Below are positions 17,397-26,534 of a DNA stretch of 64,000 bases, piece by piece. The translations under genes and the position numbers were made by a program. The notes below the pieces were generated by a model. It was not told the DNA's origin and made no database searches. It saw only the letters and a list, made by a program, of their open reading frames with translations. Numbering within the stretch: position 1 is the first letter of the stretch; the number at the start of each line of letters is the position of its first letter. Source of the DNA: Patescibacteria group bacterium (lineage in GTDB: Bacteria > Patescibacteriota > Patescibacteriia > XYB2-FULL-38-15); contig JBGSRW010000006.1 in the NCBI GenBank assembly GCA_041737355.1, forward strand, positions 3,246-67,245, written 5' to 3'.

Positions 17397-19745
17397 CTAT
17401 TTTTTATTCAAAGCCGCGTTCAAAACTTGGCCAACGTCGTCGGCAAAAATAAATTTGAGATCCTTGCGAACATTGTTCGGTATTTCCTCCAGATCTTTCT
17501 CGTTGTCCTTCGGCAGAATGATGGTTCTAACCTCGGCCCGGTGGGCGGCCAAAACTTTTTCCTTTACTCCTCCTATCTCAAGCGCTTTGCCGCGAAGAGT
17601 GACCTCTCCGGTCATCCCGACGTCTTTTTTGATTGACCGGCCGGTCAAAATAGAAATAATCGCCGTAGCCATAGCTACTCCGGCAGACGGACCATCTTTC
17701 GGAATAGCTCCCGAGGGAACATGAATATGAATATCGGAATTCTTATAAAATTCCCCTTTTATCCCGAGCGCTTTTGCCCTAGATCTCGCGTAAGAGAACG
17801 CCGCCTGGGCCGACTCCTGCATCACCTTACCAAGCTGACCGGTCAAAATTAAATTTCCCTTGCCCGGCATTTTGGTCGCCTCAATCAAAAGTATCTCTCC
17901 GCCCGCCTGTGTCCAGGCCAAACCAGTAGCTACACCGATCTCGTCTTTTTTCTCGGCCATAGTTGTATGATATCTTGGCTGCCCGAGAAATTCATGAAGA
18001 TCGGCTAAGCCGACTTTATAATGTTTCTTTTCCCCTTCGGCAAAACGTCGGGCTACCTTACGGCAAATGGCGGCTATATTTCTTTCCAGTTCTCTGACGC
18101 CGGCTTCTCTCGTGTATTCCCTCACAACCGTCCTGATCGCCGGTTCCGTAATTATTAATTTTCCTTCATCGTTCAGCCCATTTTCCCTTAACTGTTTTGG
18201 AATTAAAAATTTCTGGGCAATATGAATTTTTTCTTCCTCAACATATCCCGGAAATTCTATAACTTCCATTCTGTCCCGGAGCGGCGGAGGAATGGTATCT
18301 AAAATATTAGCGGTCGTTATGAACATCACGTCGGAAAGATCAAAAGGAACCTCAAGATAATGATCGGAAAAAGCGTAATTCTGTTCCGGGTCAAGCGCCT
18401 CAAGCAAAGCAGATGACGGATCGCCGCGAAAATCAGTCCCGACCTTATCTATTTCGTCGAGCATGAAAACCGGATTTTTTGTGCCTGCCGTGTTAACACC
18501 CTGAATAATTCTTCCCGGGAGAGCTCCGACGTATGTGCGCCGATGCCCGCGGATTTCGGCTTCGTCGCGGATACCTCCAAGTGACATTCTGAAAAATTTT
18601 CTGCCCAATGATTTGGCAATTGATTTTCCGATCGAAGTTTTGCCCGTGCCCGGCGGACCGGCAAAACAGAGAATCGGACCTTTTATTTTTCCGACTAATT
18701 TTTGCACCGCGAGATATTCCAGGACGCGCTCCTTTGCCTTATCCAGTCCGTAGTGATCTTCATCTAAAATATTCTTAGCTTTTTTTATATCAACCTTGCT
18801 TTCCGTCTTTTTCGACCAGGGAAGCATCAAGAGCCAATCAAGATAGGTTCTGATATAGGAAATTTCCGGGGAAAATGACGGCATTTTTTCGAGACGGGCA
18901 AGTTCTTTCAACGCCTGCTCTTTTGCCTCTTTGGGCATCCCGGCTTTTTCAATTTTTTCTTTTATTTCTTCTGTCTCGCTCCGTCCGCCGACGACACCCA
19001 GCTCTTTTTCGATTGTTTTCATCTGCTCGCGCAGGAACATCTCTTTTTCCATTTTGCCGAGTTCTTTGCCGGTTTCCGCCTGAATCTTCTGCGCCATCCG
19101 CAAAATATTAAGTTGCCGGCCTATTGCTACGGCTAATTTTTCCAGCTTGTCCTCTATATTTTCTGATTCCAGAATCGCCTGTTTCTCCTCAACTTTAAAA
19201 TCCAAATTAATGGCGATCAGGTCGGCCATTTCCCACGGATCGTTAACGCTTAGAATAACAAAGAAAACATCGAAGGGAACGTTCGCCCCCATTGTGACGC
19301 ATTCTTTGAACTGATTGACCAAACTTTTGGTCCAAGCCTCGATTCTCTCCGTTTTTTTGGAAACCGGTTCCGACATTGGTTCAACTTTCACTTTTAAAAA
19401 CGGCTCGGAGGAAACAATTTCGGAAATTTTTGCCCGTACCATTCCTTCGACGACAACCCTTACCGATCCGTCAGGCTGTTTGGTTGTTTCCCTGATTTTT
19501 GCGACGGTGCCAATAGAGTAAATGTCATCCCGTCCGACCTCGGTTAAAATTTCTTTTTTCTGCGCGACGCAAACCGCCAACTGATCGTGTTGCATGGCGA
19601 AATTAAGCGCCTGAAGCGTTTTTTCTCTTTTGATAACAAGTGTCAGCAAAACACGCGGAAAAACAACCACGTCAACCAACGGGACGAGGGCTAATTCTTT
19701 CTTAATTTTTCCGTCAAGATTTCCTAAAAATTTTTCTGCCTCCAT
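17397..19745 (-). CDS. lon: ATP-dependent Lon protease
   Basis: N-terminal Lon domain, Walker A GPPGTGKTS, and the catalytic Ser region DGPSAGVAMATAI. Confidence 0.92.
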   Translation of the reverse strand: MEAEKFLGNLDGKIKKELALVPLVDVVVFPRVLLTLVIKREKTLQALNFAMQHDQLAVCVAQKKEILTEVGRDDIYSIGTVAKIRETTKQPDGSVRVVVEGMVRAKISEIVSSEPFLKVKVEPMSEPVSKKTERIEAWTKSLVNQFKECVTMGANVPFDVFFVILSVNDPWEMADLIAINLDFKVEEKQAILESENIEDKLEKLAVAIGRQLNILRMAQKIQAETGKELGKMEKEMFLREQMKTIEKELGVVGGRSETEEIKEKIEKAGMPKEAKEQALKELARLEKMPSFSPEISYIRTYLDWLLMLPWSKKTESKVDIKKAKNILDEDHYGLDKAKERVLEYLAVQKLVGKIKGPILCFAGPPGTGKTSIGKSIAKSLGRKFFRMSLGGIRDEAEIRGHRRTYVGALPGRIIQGVNTAGTKNPVFMLDEIDKVGTDFRGDPSSALLEALDPEQNYAFSDHYLEVPFDLSDVMFITTANILDTIPPPLRDRMEVIEFPGYVEEEKIHIAQKFLIPKQLRENGLNDEGKLIITEPAIRTVVREYTREAGVRELERNIAAICRKVARRFAEGEKKHYKVGLADLHEFLGQPRYHTTMAEKKDEIGVATGLAWTQAGGEILLIEATKMPGKGNLILTGQLGKVMQESAQAAFSYARSRAKALGIKGEFYKNSDIHIHVPSGAIPKDGPSAGVAMATAIISILTGRSIKKDVGMTGEVTLRGKALEIGGVKEKVLAAHRAEVRTIILPKDNEKDLEEIPNNVRKDLKFIFADDVGQVLNAALNKK

Positions 19746-19783
19746 ATTATAAAAAATATTCTTTAATATTTAATACGAAATTT

Positions 19784-20080
19784 TTATTTAAAAGGTAACG
19801 GAACCTGTTCCCCCTGAAGCTTTTTCGCCGCCCGCCGGCCGTCCACTGTCAATTTTATTTCCCTAATAAACCACTTTTTCGGCGTTCGCATGCCGTAGCC
19901 GGTCAAAAATCCTTTGTCAATCAGGCGCTCCAGAGATTTAGTAACAATATTAACCTGGTCTTCTTTTTTTGGTTTCCATTTCTGCCGGTCGTAAAATTTC
20001 AATAATCGGCCGCGGCTGAATTTATCTTTTTCCCCGTAGCCGGCAAGCAAAATATGCTTCTGAAGTTGGGACAATTTCAT
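19784..20080 (-). CDS. small hypothetical basic protein, possibly a winged-helix DNA-binding protein
   Basis: 98 aa; the HILLAGYG...LERLIDKGFL pattern resembles a winged helix. Confidence 0.4.
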   Translation of the reverse strand: MKLSQLQKHILLAGYGEKDKFSRGRLLKFYDRQKWKPKKEDQVNIVTKSLERLIDKGFLTGYGMRTPKKWFIREIKLTVDGRRAAKKLQGEQVPLPFK

Positions 20081-20167
20081 AGCTTCATTGTACCAAAAAT
20101 AAGGCTTGGTGTAAACCCCGTTAAAAGTGTGTTTTCAAGGACAAAATTACTCTATTTCGGTATCAAA

Positions 20168-20196
20168 AAACCCCGCCATTTCTGGCGGGGTATTTC
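20168..20196. terminator. rho-independent terminator downstream of the 156-aa gene
   Basis: Hairpin ccccgcca-tttc-tggcgggg followed by a T-rich tail on the minus strand. Confidence 0.7.
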
Positions 20197-20220
20197 GATA
20201 TAAGTTGACGGAAATTATTT

Positions 20221-20691
20221 TTAAAGTTTCCCGAGAGCGTTCGAGATTTTTTCAAGCCCTTCTTGTGCCCTCTGAATCTGTTCTTGATAAATTTTTTCTC
20301 CTTTTTCCAATATTTTTTTTGTTTCCCCGATTCCGGGTATATCATATGTTTTATGCCAGTCCTCATCTGCTATAGAAAAATGAGAGATCGAATGCAGCGC
20401 CTCTCCGGAGTCAAGGATTCTAATTTTTTCAATTGTCTCCCAATTGATTGGAATTTTTAGTGTTGAGGGACTATCCAAAAAATCTTCACATTCATCGAAT
20501 ATCTTTGCCGCCCTTTCTTGCGTGCCTTGCCTTCTTGCCTTGTCCCACACCTGTCTTTCCCCAGTCGCGCCAAAGTGCTCTTGCAGCCAACGGATTTCTT
20601 GTGCCAGTCTCTGAAAAATAGCTGGCTCTGATTCGGTCTTATCTCCCTGAACTCCCTCGGGAGCCCCTCCTCTTTCCATATTTTTTCCCAT
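20221..20691 (-). CDS. hypothetical 156-aa acidic protein (module copy B gene)
   Basis: ORF preceded by the conserved (AG)10 leader module. Its N-terminus (MERGGAPEGVQGDKTE) loosely resembles the copy-A protein N-terminus (MNGEGRFSPESAAGQGTKKT). Confidence 0.55.
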   Translation of the reverse strand: MGKNMERGGAPEGVQGDKTESEPAIFQRLAQEIRWLQEHFGATGERQVWDKARRQGTQERAAKIFDECEDFLDSPSTLKIPINWETIEKIRILDSGEALHSISHFSIADEDWHKTYDIPGIGETKKILEKGEKIYQEQIQRAQEGLEKISNALGKL

Positions 20692-20770
20692 ATTTTAAAA
20701 ATTAATAATTATCTCTTCCGCTTCCTATAGTACTCTCTCTCTCTCTCTCTCTGATTTGCAAGCCCCAATT
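20692..20770 (-). promoter_or_regulatory. conserved leader/promoter module copy B: TTGCAA ... (AG)10 ... TACTAT ... GGAAG ... TAATTATTAATTTTTAAAAT ATG
   Basis: (CT)10 at 20733-20752 on the + strand; same flanks as copy A. Confidence 0.6.
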
Positions 20771-20793
20771 TTACTTAAATATGGAACAAAAAA

Positions 20794-20815
20794 GCGGCCG
20801 TTCCGGCCGCCCTAA
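20794..20815 (-). terminator. terminator after the HD-hydrolase operon
   Basis: Minus-strand hairpin gggcggccggaacggccgc followed by tttttt. Confidence 0.6.
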
Positions 20816-20833
20816 ATTAAACTAAATTTCGCC

Positions 20834-21478
20834 CTATATCTTACCCTGGACCTCGCTATTCAATCTTCCGAAAAAATTGACCATAAATAGGTGTCTTTTC
20901 TTAGCAATACGCTTACCCTCTTTTGTTAACATCTTATCTTTAATTTTACTTAATTTAACAAGGAATTCGCGATATGCGGTGTCTTCCCGGCTGTATTCTT
21001 TTGTCTTACTGATATCCACATTGATGTCGTGGACCCTGGCACCAACTTCGCCGGAAAACACGAAAGCTCTCCCTATCCCTATCGCGCCGATAGCATCAAG
21101 CTTATCGGCATCGAATAAAACTTTTGCCTCTTTTGACTCAGGGATATTTTTGCCACGGAACCGATGGCATTTTATACAATGAGCAATTTTTTCTATTTTT
21201 TCTTCCGAAAAACCATATCTTTTTAAAAAAATTCCAGCTATTTCCGCGCCTTTTTCGGCATGACAAATTTTTCCGCCAACTTTATCCTGGTGCCCCCTTG
21301 CTATATCATGGAGCAAGGCGGAAATTTCTATAATTTCCAAATCGGCTTTTTCTTTTCTGCCAATATGAAGCGCGAGATTACAGACTCTTTCCGTATGGTC
21401 CCAGTTATGACAACCTTTGGAATTATGAAAAAATTTCTTTGCCTCTTTTTTTATTTGCTCTAGAATCTTTTTGTTCAT
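20834..21478 (-). CDS. HD-domain phosphohydrolase
   Basis: H..HD (ALLHDIARGH) ... D (FDADKLDAIG) metal-binding motifs. Confidence 0.8.
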   Translation of the reverse strand: MNKKILEQIKKEAKKFFHNSKGCHNWDHTERVCNLALHIGRKEKADLEIIEISALLHDIARGHQDKVGGKICHAEKGAEIAGIFLKRYGFSEEKIEKIAHCIKCHRFRGKNIPESKEAKVLFDADKLDAIGAIGIGRAFVFSGEVGARVHDINVDISKTKEYSREDTAYREFLVKLSKIKDKMLTKEGKRIAKKRHLFMVNFFGRLNSEVQGKI

Positions 21479-21936
21479 TAATTTATTTTGTTCAAATCTC
21501 CGTCTAAAATAATCGGCTGCATGGCCAGCATTTCATCTTTATATCCCATCTCGGGTACCGGATTTAAAAGAAAAATCTTTTTATCTAGAACATGAGCGAA
21601 AGCCATTTCTAAAAAAGAATTCCCGCCGACATAGTTTGGTGCGCCGTGCCGCTCGCCGTTTAGAACTAAAATGGCATCACCTTGTTTTATCTCTTCAAAA
21701 TACTCCTTAATCAACCCGTATTTAACTTTATTGGCAGCCGACTCGTTGTGCATCTGTTCCAGGGTCGCCATTTCGGCGTATTCGTGGGTAAAGCGCGGCA
21801 AAATTACTTTATGGCCGAGATACAGTAATTCTTTTTCCGCTTCCACCATTTCCTTGGCAAAAGTCATGCTGCCGCAAACAACAATTTTCATATTTTTATT
21901 TAATTTCCTCCCACTCCACTCCTGAACTAAAAACAT
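21478..21936 (-). CDS. nucleoside 2-deoxyribosyltransferase-like (YtoQ/DNPH1-like) protein
   Basis: The MKIVVCGSMTF...ILPR pattern and short length resemble this family. The start may be the internal MKIVV at 21891. Confidence 0.45.
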   Translation of the reverse strand: MFLVQEWSGRKLNKNMKIVVCGSMTFAKEMVEAEKELLYLGHKVILPRFTHEYAEMATLEQMHNESAANKVKYGLIKEYFEEIKQGDAILVLNGERHGAPNYVGGNSFLEMAFAHVLDKKIFLLNPVPEMGYKDEMLAMQPIILDGDLNKIN

Positions 21937-21959
21937 TTAATTCCTGACTGTGTTGCTCT

Positions 21960-22208
21960 TTAGTTGCCCTCAATTGTGGCAAATCTTTTTTGCTCTATTG
22001 GTTTGCGTGGATCATCGAGAAAAGCTTTTAACTTTCTGGCGACGAATATATCTTTCCAGTCTATTTTGATAGCAAGCGCTGGCTCTTCTTTCAATGTCCT
22101 CAAAAAATCGTAAAAATCAATAGAATCCATTGCTAAAAATTCCGAGCTAATATCTTTCGGTTTAGATTCTTTTTCTGGCGTGAATCCCGCCTCTATTTTA
22201 TCTTTCAT
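21960..22208 (-). CDS. hypothetical 82-aa protein
   Basis: ORF only. Confidence 0.35.
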   Translation of the reverse strand: MKDKIEAGFTPEKESKPKDISSEFLAMDSIDFYDFLRTLKEEPALAIKIDWKDIFVARKLKAFLDDPRKPIEQKRFATIEGN

Positions 22209-22228
22209 AAATTTATTGATTAGCAGTA

Positions 22229-23086
22229 TTATTTCTCGACAAAAATCATCGCTTTTCTCCCGTTCTCCACGTCTCCCCCGTTCCAGTCGTGGACCGCGTT
22301 AATAAAAACATCCGGATCGTATAAATATCCCTCGCCGCGCTTTGTCCCCGGATCATTCGTAATAATCATCCCCTCTTTTGTCCAACCGCGGACAACAAGC
22401 ATGTGATAGAGCGGACCTGGCTGCTGAAAATATATGTTCCCAAGCAGCTGGCCGGCGGCCGGTAAAATTACCGGATGGCCGCTTGCCACTTCCTGCTTGA
22501 TATCATTTATATCTATGTCATAAACAACCCTGACATTTTGATAACCATATTTTTCGCGGAGAATTCGCGCCGTTTCTTCGGCGGTCGTATCAAGCCAATA
22601 ACCAAATGTTTGCAGTTCCCAATTCACGATGGCGTTAATTTCGTCGTCCGCGCTCTGCGGCGTAAAATTGCGGTTGGTATAAAAAGCGTCAATCATCATA
22701 ACCGATGCTTCCTCGCAGGCATCTTCGTGAATCTCGTCCCAAACCGCGAAAGGCGCCTGCGGAGTAAAGGGAACGGCAAGATTAAACTCGGCCGGCAAAC
22801 CTTCCGTATGGCCGGAAGTATTAGTGTTCGCTTCACCATCGCTACTAATAATTGGGATATTTGTGGCCTGATTTACGATCCATGATCCCTGACCGTTTCC
22901 CAACGCCTGTTTTATCTCGCTAAAATTCTGGGCCGGCGGCAAACTGCTTTGCCTTATTTTTTCCTCAATATAATTTTTTATGGGCACGCGGCAGAAAAAA
23001 ATAACCGCCCCCGCCAAAAGCAGGACGGCTAAAAAAATAGTTTTCTCTAAACTTAGCGAAAATTTTTTCTGGGATATTTTCGGCAT
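22229..23086 (-). CDS. membrane-anchored C39-like (papain-fold) peptidase domain protein
   Basis: N-terminal TM, then a domain with Cys/His spacing resembling peptidase_C39_2. Confidence 0.45.
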   Translation of the reverse strand: MPKISQKKFSLSLEKTIFLAVLLLAGAVIFFCRVPIKNYIEEKIRQSSLPPAQNFSEIKQALGNGQGSWIVNQATNIPIISSDGEANTNTSGHTEGLPAEFNLAVPFTPQAPFAVWDEIHEDACEEASVMMIDAFYTNRNFTPQSADDEINAIVNWELQTFGYWLDTTAEETARILREKYGYQNVRVVYDIDINDIKQEVASGHPVILPAAGQLLGNIYFQQPGPLYHMLVVRGWTKEGMIITNDPGTKRGEGYLYDPDVFINAVHDWNGGDVENGRKAMIFVEK

Positions 23087-23103
23087 GAACTTTAAAAACT
23101 TTT

Positions 23104-24495
23104 TTATTTTTCAACAACTTTTATGTGCGCATCTTTTAGCTGCGCCTCCGGCAATTCTGACGGCGCTCCCATTAGAATATCGCGAGCATCGGAAGTTTTC
23201 GGGAAAGCAATTACCTCGCGGATGTTCGGCTCGCCGGCCAGAATCATCGCCAGCCGGTCAAAGCCCGGAGCGATACCGCCGTGCGGCGGGGCGCCGTAAG
23301 CGAATGCTTCAAACATATGGCCAAAACGCGCCTCGGCATCGTCCTTGCTCACTCCGAGAAGACGGAAAATTTTTGCTTGCAAGCTCCGGTCGTGGATTCT
23401 GATACTGCCGCCTCCGACTTCATATCCGTTTAAAACAATATCATAGGCGTAGGCCCGGACATCGAGCGGATGTTCTTCTATGTCCTCTAAATCTTCTTTG
23501 TGGGGCATGGTAAAAGGGTGGTGCGAGGAAACCAGTTTCTTTTCCGACTCCGACCACTCAAAAAGAGGAAAATCAACTACCCAGCAAAAAGCCAGTTCGT
23601 TCGGATCGTTTTTATCTTTCCTCAAATCCGGCTTATCACTCTTATATTTTTTCATCGCCTCATCATAAGTCAGGATTGGAAAAGGAATTTTCTGAATTCT
23701 TTTCTCGGGCGCCACCTTCCCTACAAGCTCGATCATCATCTCTTCGGCCAATTTCATTACATCATCCTGCTCGACAAAAGACATCTCAATATCAATCTGG
23801 GTGAATTCCGGCTGGCGGTCTCCGCGCTGGTCTTCGTCGCGGAAACACCTGGCAATCTGAAAATATTTTTCGAGACCCGAGACCATTAAAAGCTGTTTAA
23901 ATTGCTGTGGCGACTGAGGCAGGACATAAAATTTTCCCGGGTGGAGTCTTGAGGGGACAACATATTCCCTCGCCCCTTCCGGCGTTCCTTTGGTAAGGTA
24001 AGGCGTCTCAACTTCGGTAAAATCGCGTTCGTGTAAAAATTTTCTAACCTCGTCGAGCATTTGGCTCCTCTGCGCAATATTTTTTCTCATCCGTTCGCTC
24101 CGCAAATCAAGATAGCGATATTTTAATCTCAATTCTTCATTCACGGCCCGCGTGTCTTTATCAATTTCAAAAGGCAGAGTTTTGGCCTCGTTCAAAATCT
24201 CCAATTTTTTCGCCTCGATTTCAACTTTTCCGGTGGCGAGATTCGGATTGACCATTTTTTCCGGCCGGGCATTAACTTTCCCGGTAATAGCTACGACAAA
24301 TTCCGAACGGAGTTTGTCGGCCTGGCTCATAAAATCCTTGTCTTTTGACACGAAGACAACCTGGATCAGGCCGGAAATATCACGCAGATCAATAAAAATA
24401 ATTTTCCCCATGTCCCGCCGGACATGAACCCAGCCCTTCAACAGAACCTCTTCCCCGACTTTATTAACCGTATCTTTAATTAAAGTCCGCTGCAT
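23104..24495 (-). CDS. aspS: aspartyl-tRNA synthetase, archaeal/eukaryal-type class IIb
   Basis: Motif 2 FRDEDQRGDRQPEFTQIDIEMSF and a class II motif 3 near the C-terminus; 463 aa. Confidence 0.8.
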   Translation of the reverse strand: MQRTLIKDTVNKVGEEVLLKGWVHVRRDMGKIIFIDLRDISGLIQVVFVSKDKDFMSQADKLRSEFVVAITGKVNARPEKMVNPNLATGKVEIEAKKLEILNEAKTLPFEIDKDTRAVNEELRLKYRYLDLRSERMRKNIAQRSQMLDEVRKFLHERDFTEVETPYLTKGTPEGAREYVVPSRLHPGKFYVLPQSPQQFKQLLMVSGLEKYFQIARCFRDEDQRGDRQPEFTQIDIEMSFVEQDDVMKLAEEMMIELVGKVAPEKRIQKIPFPILTYDEAMKKYKSDKPDLRKDKNDPNELAFCWVVDFPLFEWSESEKKLVSSHHPFTMPHKEDLEDIEEHPLDVRAYAYDIVLNGYEVGGGSIRIHDRSLQAKIFRLLGVSKDDAEARFGHMFEAFAYGAPPHGGIAPGFDRLAMILAGEPNIREVIAFPKTSDARDILMGAPSELPEAQLKDAHIKVVEK

Positions 24496-24499
24496 AAAA

Positions 24500-25792
24500 T
24501 TATGGTTTTAATCTGTTAATCATTCTCGGGAATGGAATTGTTTCCCTGACATGGTGTACGCCGCACATCCAGCCGACGATGCGCTCAAGACCATAGCCAA
24601 AACCCGAATGCGGCACCGAGCCGTATTTTCGGAGATCCAAATACCATTGGAAATCGGCAAGCGGCATTTTTTCTTCCTTCATCCGGGAAAGCAGCAAATC
24701 ATAATTGTCTTCGCGCTCCGAACCGCCGATAATTTCGCCGTGCCCTTCTGTCGCGATTAAATCCGAACCGAGCACTACTTCGGAATTTTGCGGATCGCGT
24801 TTCATGTAGAACGCCTTAATCTGCCGTGGCCACTTTTCCACAAAAACCGGCACGTCGGAATCCTGCGTCAATAAAGTTTCGTCATCGGCGCCCAAATCAT
24901 CGCCGTCTTTAATATCGGAGCCGAGCGATTGGACTTTTTTAATCGCATCATGATAAGTCATCCGGACAAACGGCGCTTTTATTTTTTCTAGCTTGCTTAT
25001 ATCCCTTTCCAAAATTTCTAATTCTTTTCTGTTCGTTTCCAGAACTTTTTTAACAATATGGCAAATTAATTCTTCCTGGATTTTCATATTCTCTTCGTGA
25101 TGCACAAATGCCGCCTCGGCGTCCATCATCCAGAATTCGGTAAGGTGCCTACGGGTTTTTGATTTTTCTGCCCGGAAAGTCGGGCCAAAATCAAAACACC
25201 GGCCGAAACTCATAGCCGCGGCTTCAAGATAAAGTTGCCCTGACTGCGCAAGATATGCCTTGCCCAAATCAAAATATGGAACCTCAAACAAAGTTGTTGT
25301 TCCCTCGCAGGCAGTAGGCGTCAGAATCGGCGTATCAATTTTTATAAAACCGTTCTGGTTAAAATATTCGTAAGTCGCGTTAATTACCGTATTACGGACG
25401 CGCATGGTTGCCCATTGTTTTGAAGAACGGAGCCAGAGGTGGCGTTCGTCCAACAAAAATTCCGGACCGTGCTCCTTTTTCCCGATCGGGTATTCCTCGG
25501 CAACCTGGACGATTTTTAAATTTTTTACCTGCAGTTCGTATTCTTCTTTTTTCGGGTGCTTGCTGACTGTGCCAACAATTTCCACCGAGGTCTCGATGGT
25601 GATTTTTTGGCAGGCCTCCCAAGCTTCAGCCGGCGCTTCGTTTTTCGAGACAATTGCCTGGATAAAGCCCGAACCGTCGCGGACCTGCAAAAAGAAAATG
25701 CTCCCCGAGGAACGGAAATTATAAATCCAGCCTCGAACCGCGACTTCCTGGCCTAAAAATTGGCTGATATCTTTCAATAAAATGGTTTGCAT
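24500..25792 (-). CDS. asnS: asparaginyl-tRNA synthetase
   Basis: FRAEKSKTRRHLTEFWMMDAEAAF is characteristic of AsnRS; 430 aa. Confidence 0.8.
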   Translation of the reverse strand: MQTILLKDISQFLGQEVAVRGWIYNFRSSGSIFFLQVRDGSGFIQAIVSKNEAPAEAWEACQKITIETSVEIVGTVSKHPKKEEYELQVKNLKIVQVAEEYPIGKKEHGPEFLLDERHLWLRSSKQWATMRVRNTVINATYEYFNQNGFIKIDTPILTPTACEGTTTLFEVPYFDLGKAYLAQSGQLYLEAAAMSFGRCFDFGPTFRAEKSKTRRHLTEFWMMDAEAAFVHHEENMKIQEELICHIVKKVLETNRKELEILERDISKLEKIKAPFVRMTYHDAIKKVQSLGSDIKDGDDLGADDETLLTQDSDVPVFVEKWPRQIKAFYMKRDPQNSEVVLGSDLIATEGHGEIIGGSEREDNYDLLLSRMKEEKMPLADFQWYLDLRKYGSVPHSGFGYGLERIVGWMCGVHHVRETIPFPRMINRLKP

Positions 25793-25842
25793 ATAATTGT
25801 ATAATTATAGATTATTTCTCGGATAAAATCAAGATAAAAAAG

Positions 25843-25868
25843 ACCGACTGGCTTGGCCAATCGGCGTG
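25843..25868 (-). terminator. terminator at the left edge of the GC-rich island
   Basis: Hairpin ccgactggc/gccaatcgg followed by a T-run on the minus strand. Confidence 0.5.
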
Positions 25869-25879
25869 TGTCTCCCCTC

Positions 25880-26074
25880 CTAATGTACTGCCTTCTTCTT
25901 ACCTTGCCGCTCAGCCCGGGCCCTGCGGATGGTGTCAATTGCCACCCAGCCCAGAAAACAGAGCGGAACGACGGTAGCGACCGCAACACCAGGCGTCTCG
26001 GAGAGCGCCAGACCGATTGTGGCGGCGACTCCGCCAAGAAAGAACAAGCTGATCAGAATGGCCAAGACCTTCAT
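25880..26074 (-). CDS. small 2-TM membrane protein with a basic C-terminal tail (GC-rich island)
   Basis: 64 aa, two hydrophobic helices, and an AAGAGAGGG SD. Confidence 0.5.
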   Translation of the reverse strand: MKVLAILISLFFLGGVAATIGLALSETPGVAVATVVPLCFLGWVAIDTIRRARAERQGKKKAVH

Positions 26075-26085
26075 TCTGCCCTCTC

Positions 26086-26385
26086 TTACTCCGCAGCTTC
26101 CGCGCGGTCATTTTCCGCCTTGATCGCTGCCAGTTCTTGTTTAAATTCATCGAGCCAACGCTTGGCCTTGAAGCTCGCCTTCACGAGCAAAATCAGCCAC
26201 GCACCAACAAAAGCGATTGGAAGGGTGATGACCAAAAATAACCACCAGCCCATTCCCCCGACGATGAAATCCCAACCGGCGATCCCAACGCACGCCCAGA
26301 TAAGCGCGGCCAGAATAAGCGCGAGCCACGGCGGGAAAAGCATGCCAATGTTCAGCTCGAGATCCTCTTTCTCGTTATCCATCAT
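26086..26385 (-). CDS. small 2-TM membrane protein with an amphipathic charged C-terminus (GC-rich island)
   Basis: Start chosen at ATGATGG behind GGAGGGG (the ORF track extends to 26451). Confidence 0.5.
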   Translation of the reverse strand: MMDNEKEDLELNIGMLFPPWLALILAALIWACVGIAGWDFIVGGMGWWLFLVITLPIAFVGAWLILLVKASFKAKRWLDEFKQELAAIKAENDRAEAAE

Positions 26386-26436
26386 CCCCTCCTTCTGTCT
26401 AAACCTTACCAAAAAATTACAAAAAGTCAACGTCTC

Positions 26437-26465
26437 TTGACGAAAAGGCATAAAAGTAATAATCT
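26437..26465 (+). promoter_or_regulatory. sigma70-like promoter TTGACG-N17-TAATCT for the 399-aa gene, overlapping a short inverted repeat
   Basis: Read directly from the sequence. Inverted repeat: GTCAACGTCTCTTGAC. Confidence 0.5.
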
Positions 26466-26534
26466 AAAAAATACTGTATCTGAAGATAGCTACTCGGGAT
26501 TTGGCAGGTATGGGGGCAAAAAGGAGGGAGTTCT

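Noticed and set aside
25853-26440. 195-aa + strand ORF in the GC-rich island
   Set aside because: It is a low-complexity Ser/Ala/Pro-rich translation antisense to two well-formed SD-bearing hydrophobic ORFs on the minus strand. The minus-strand genes are preferred.
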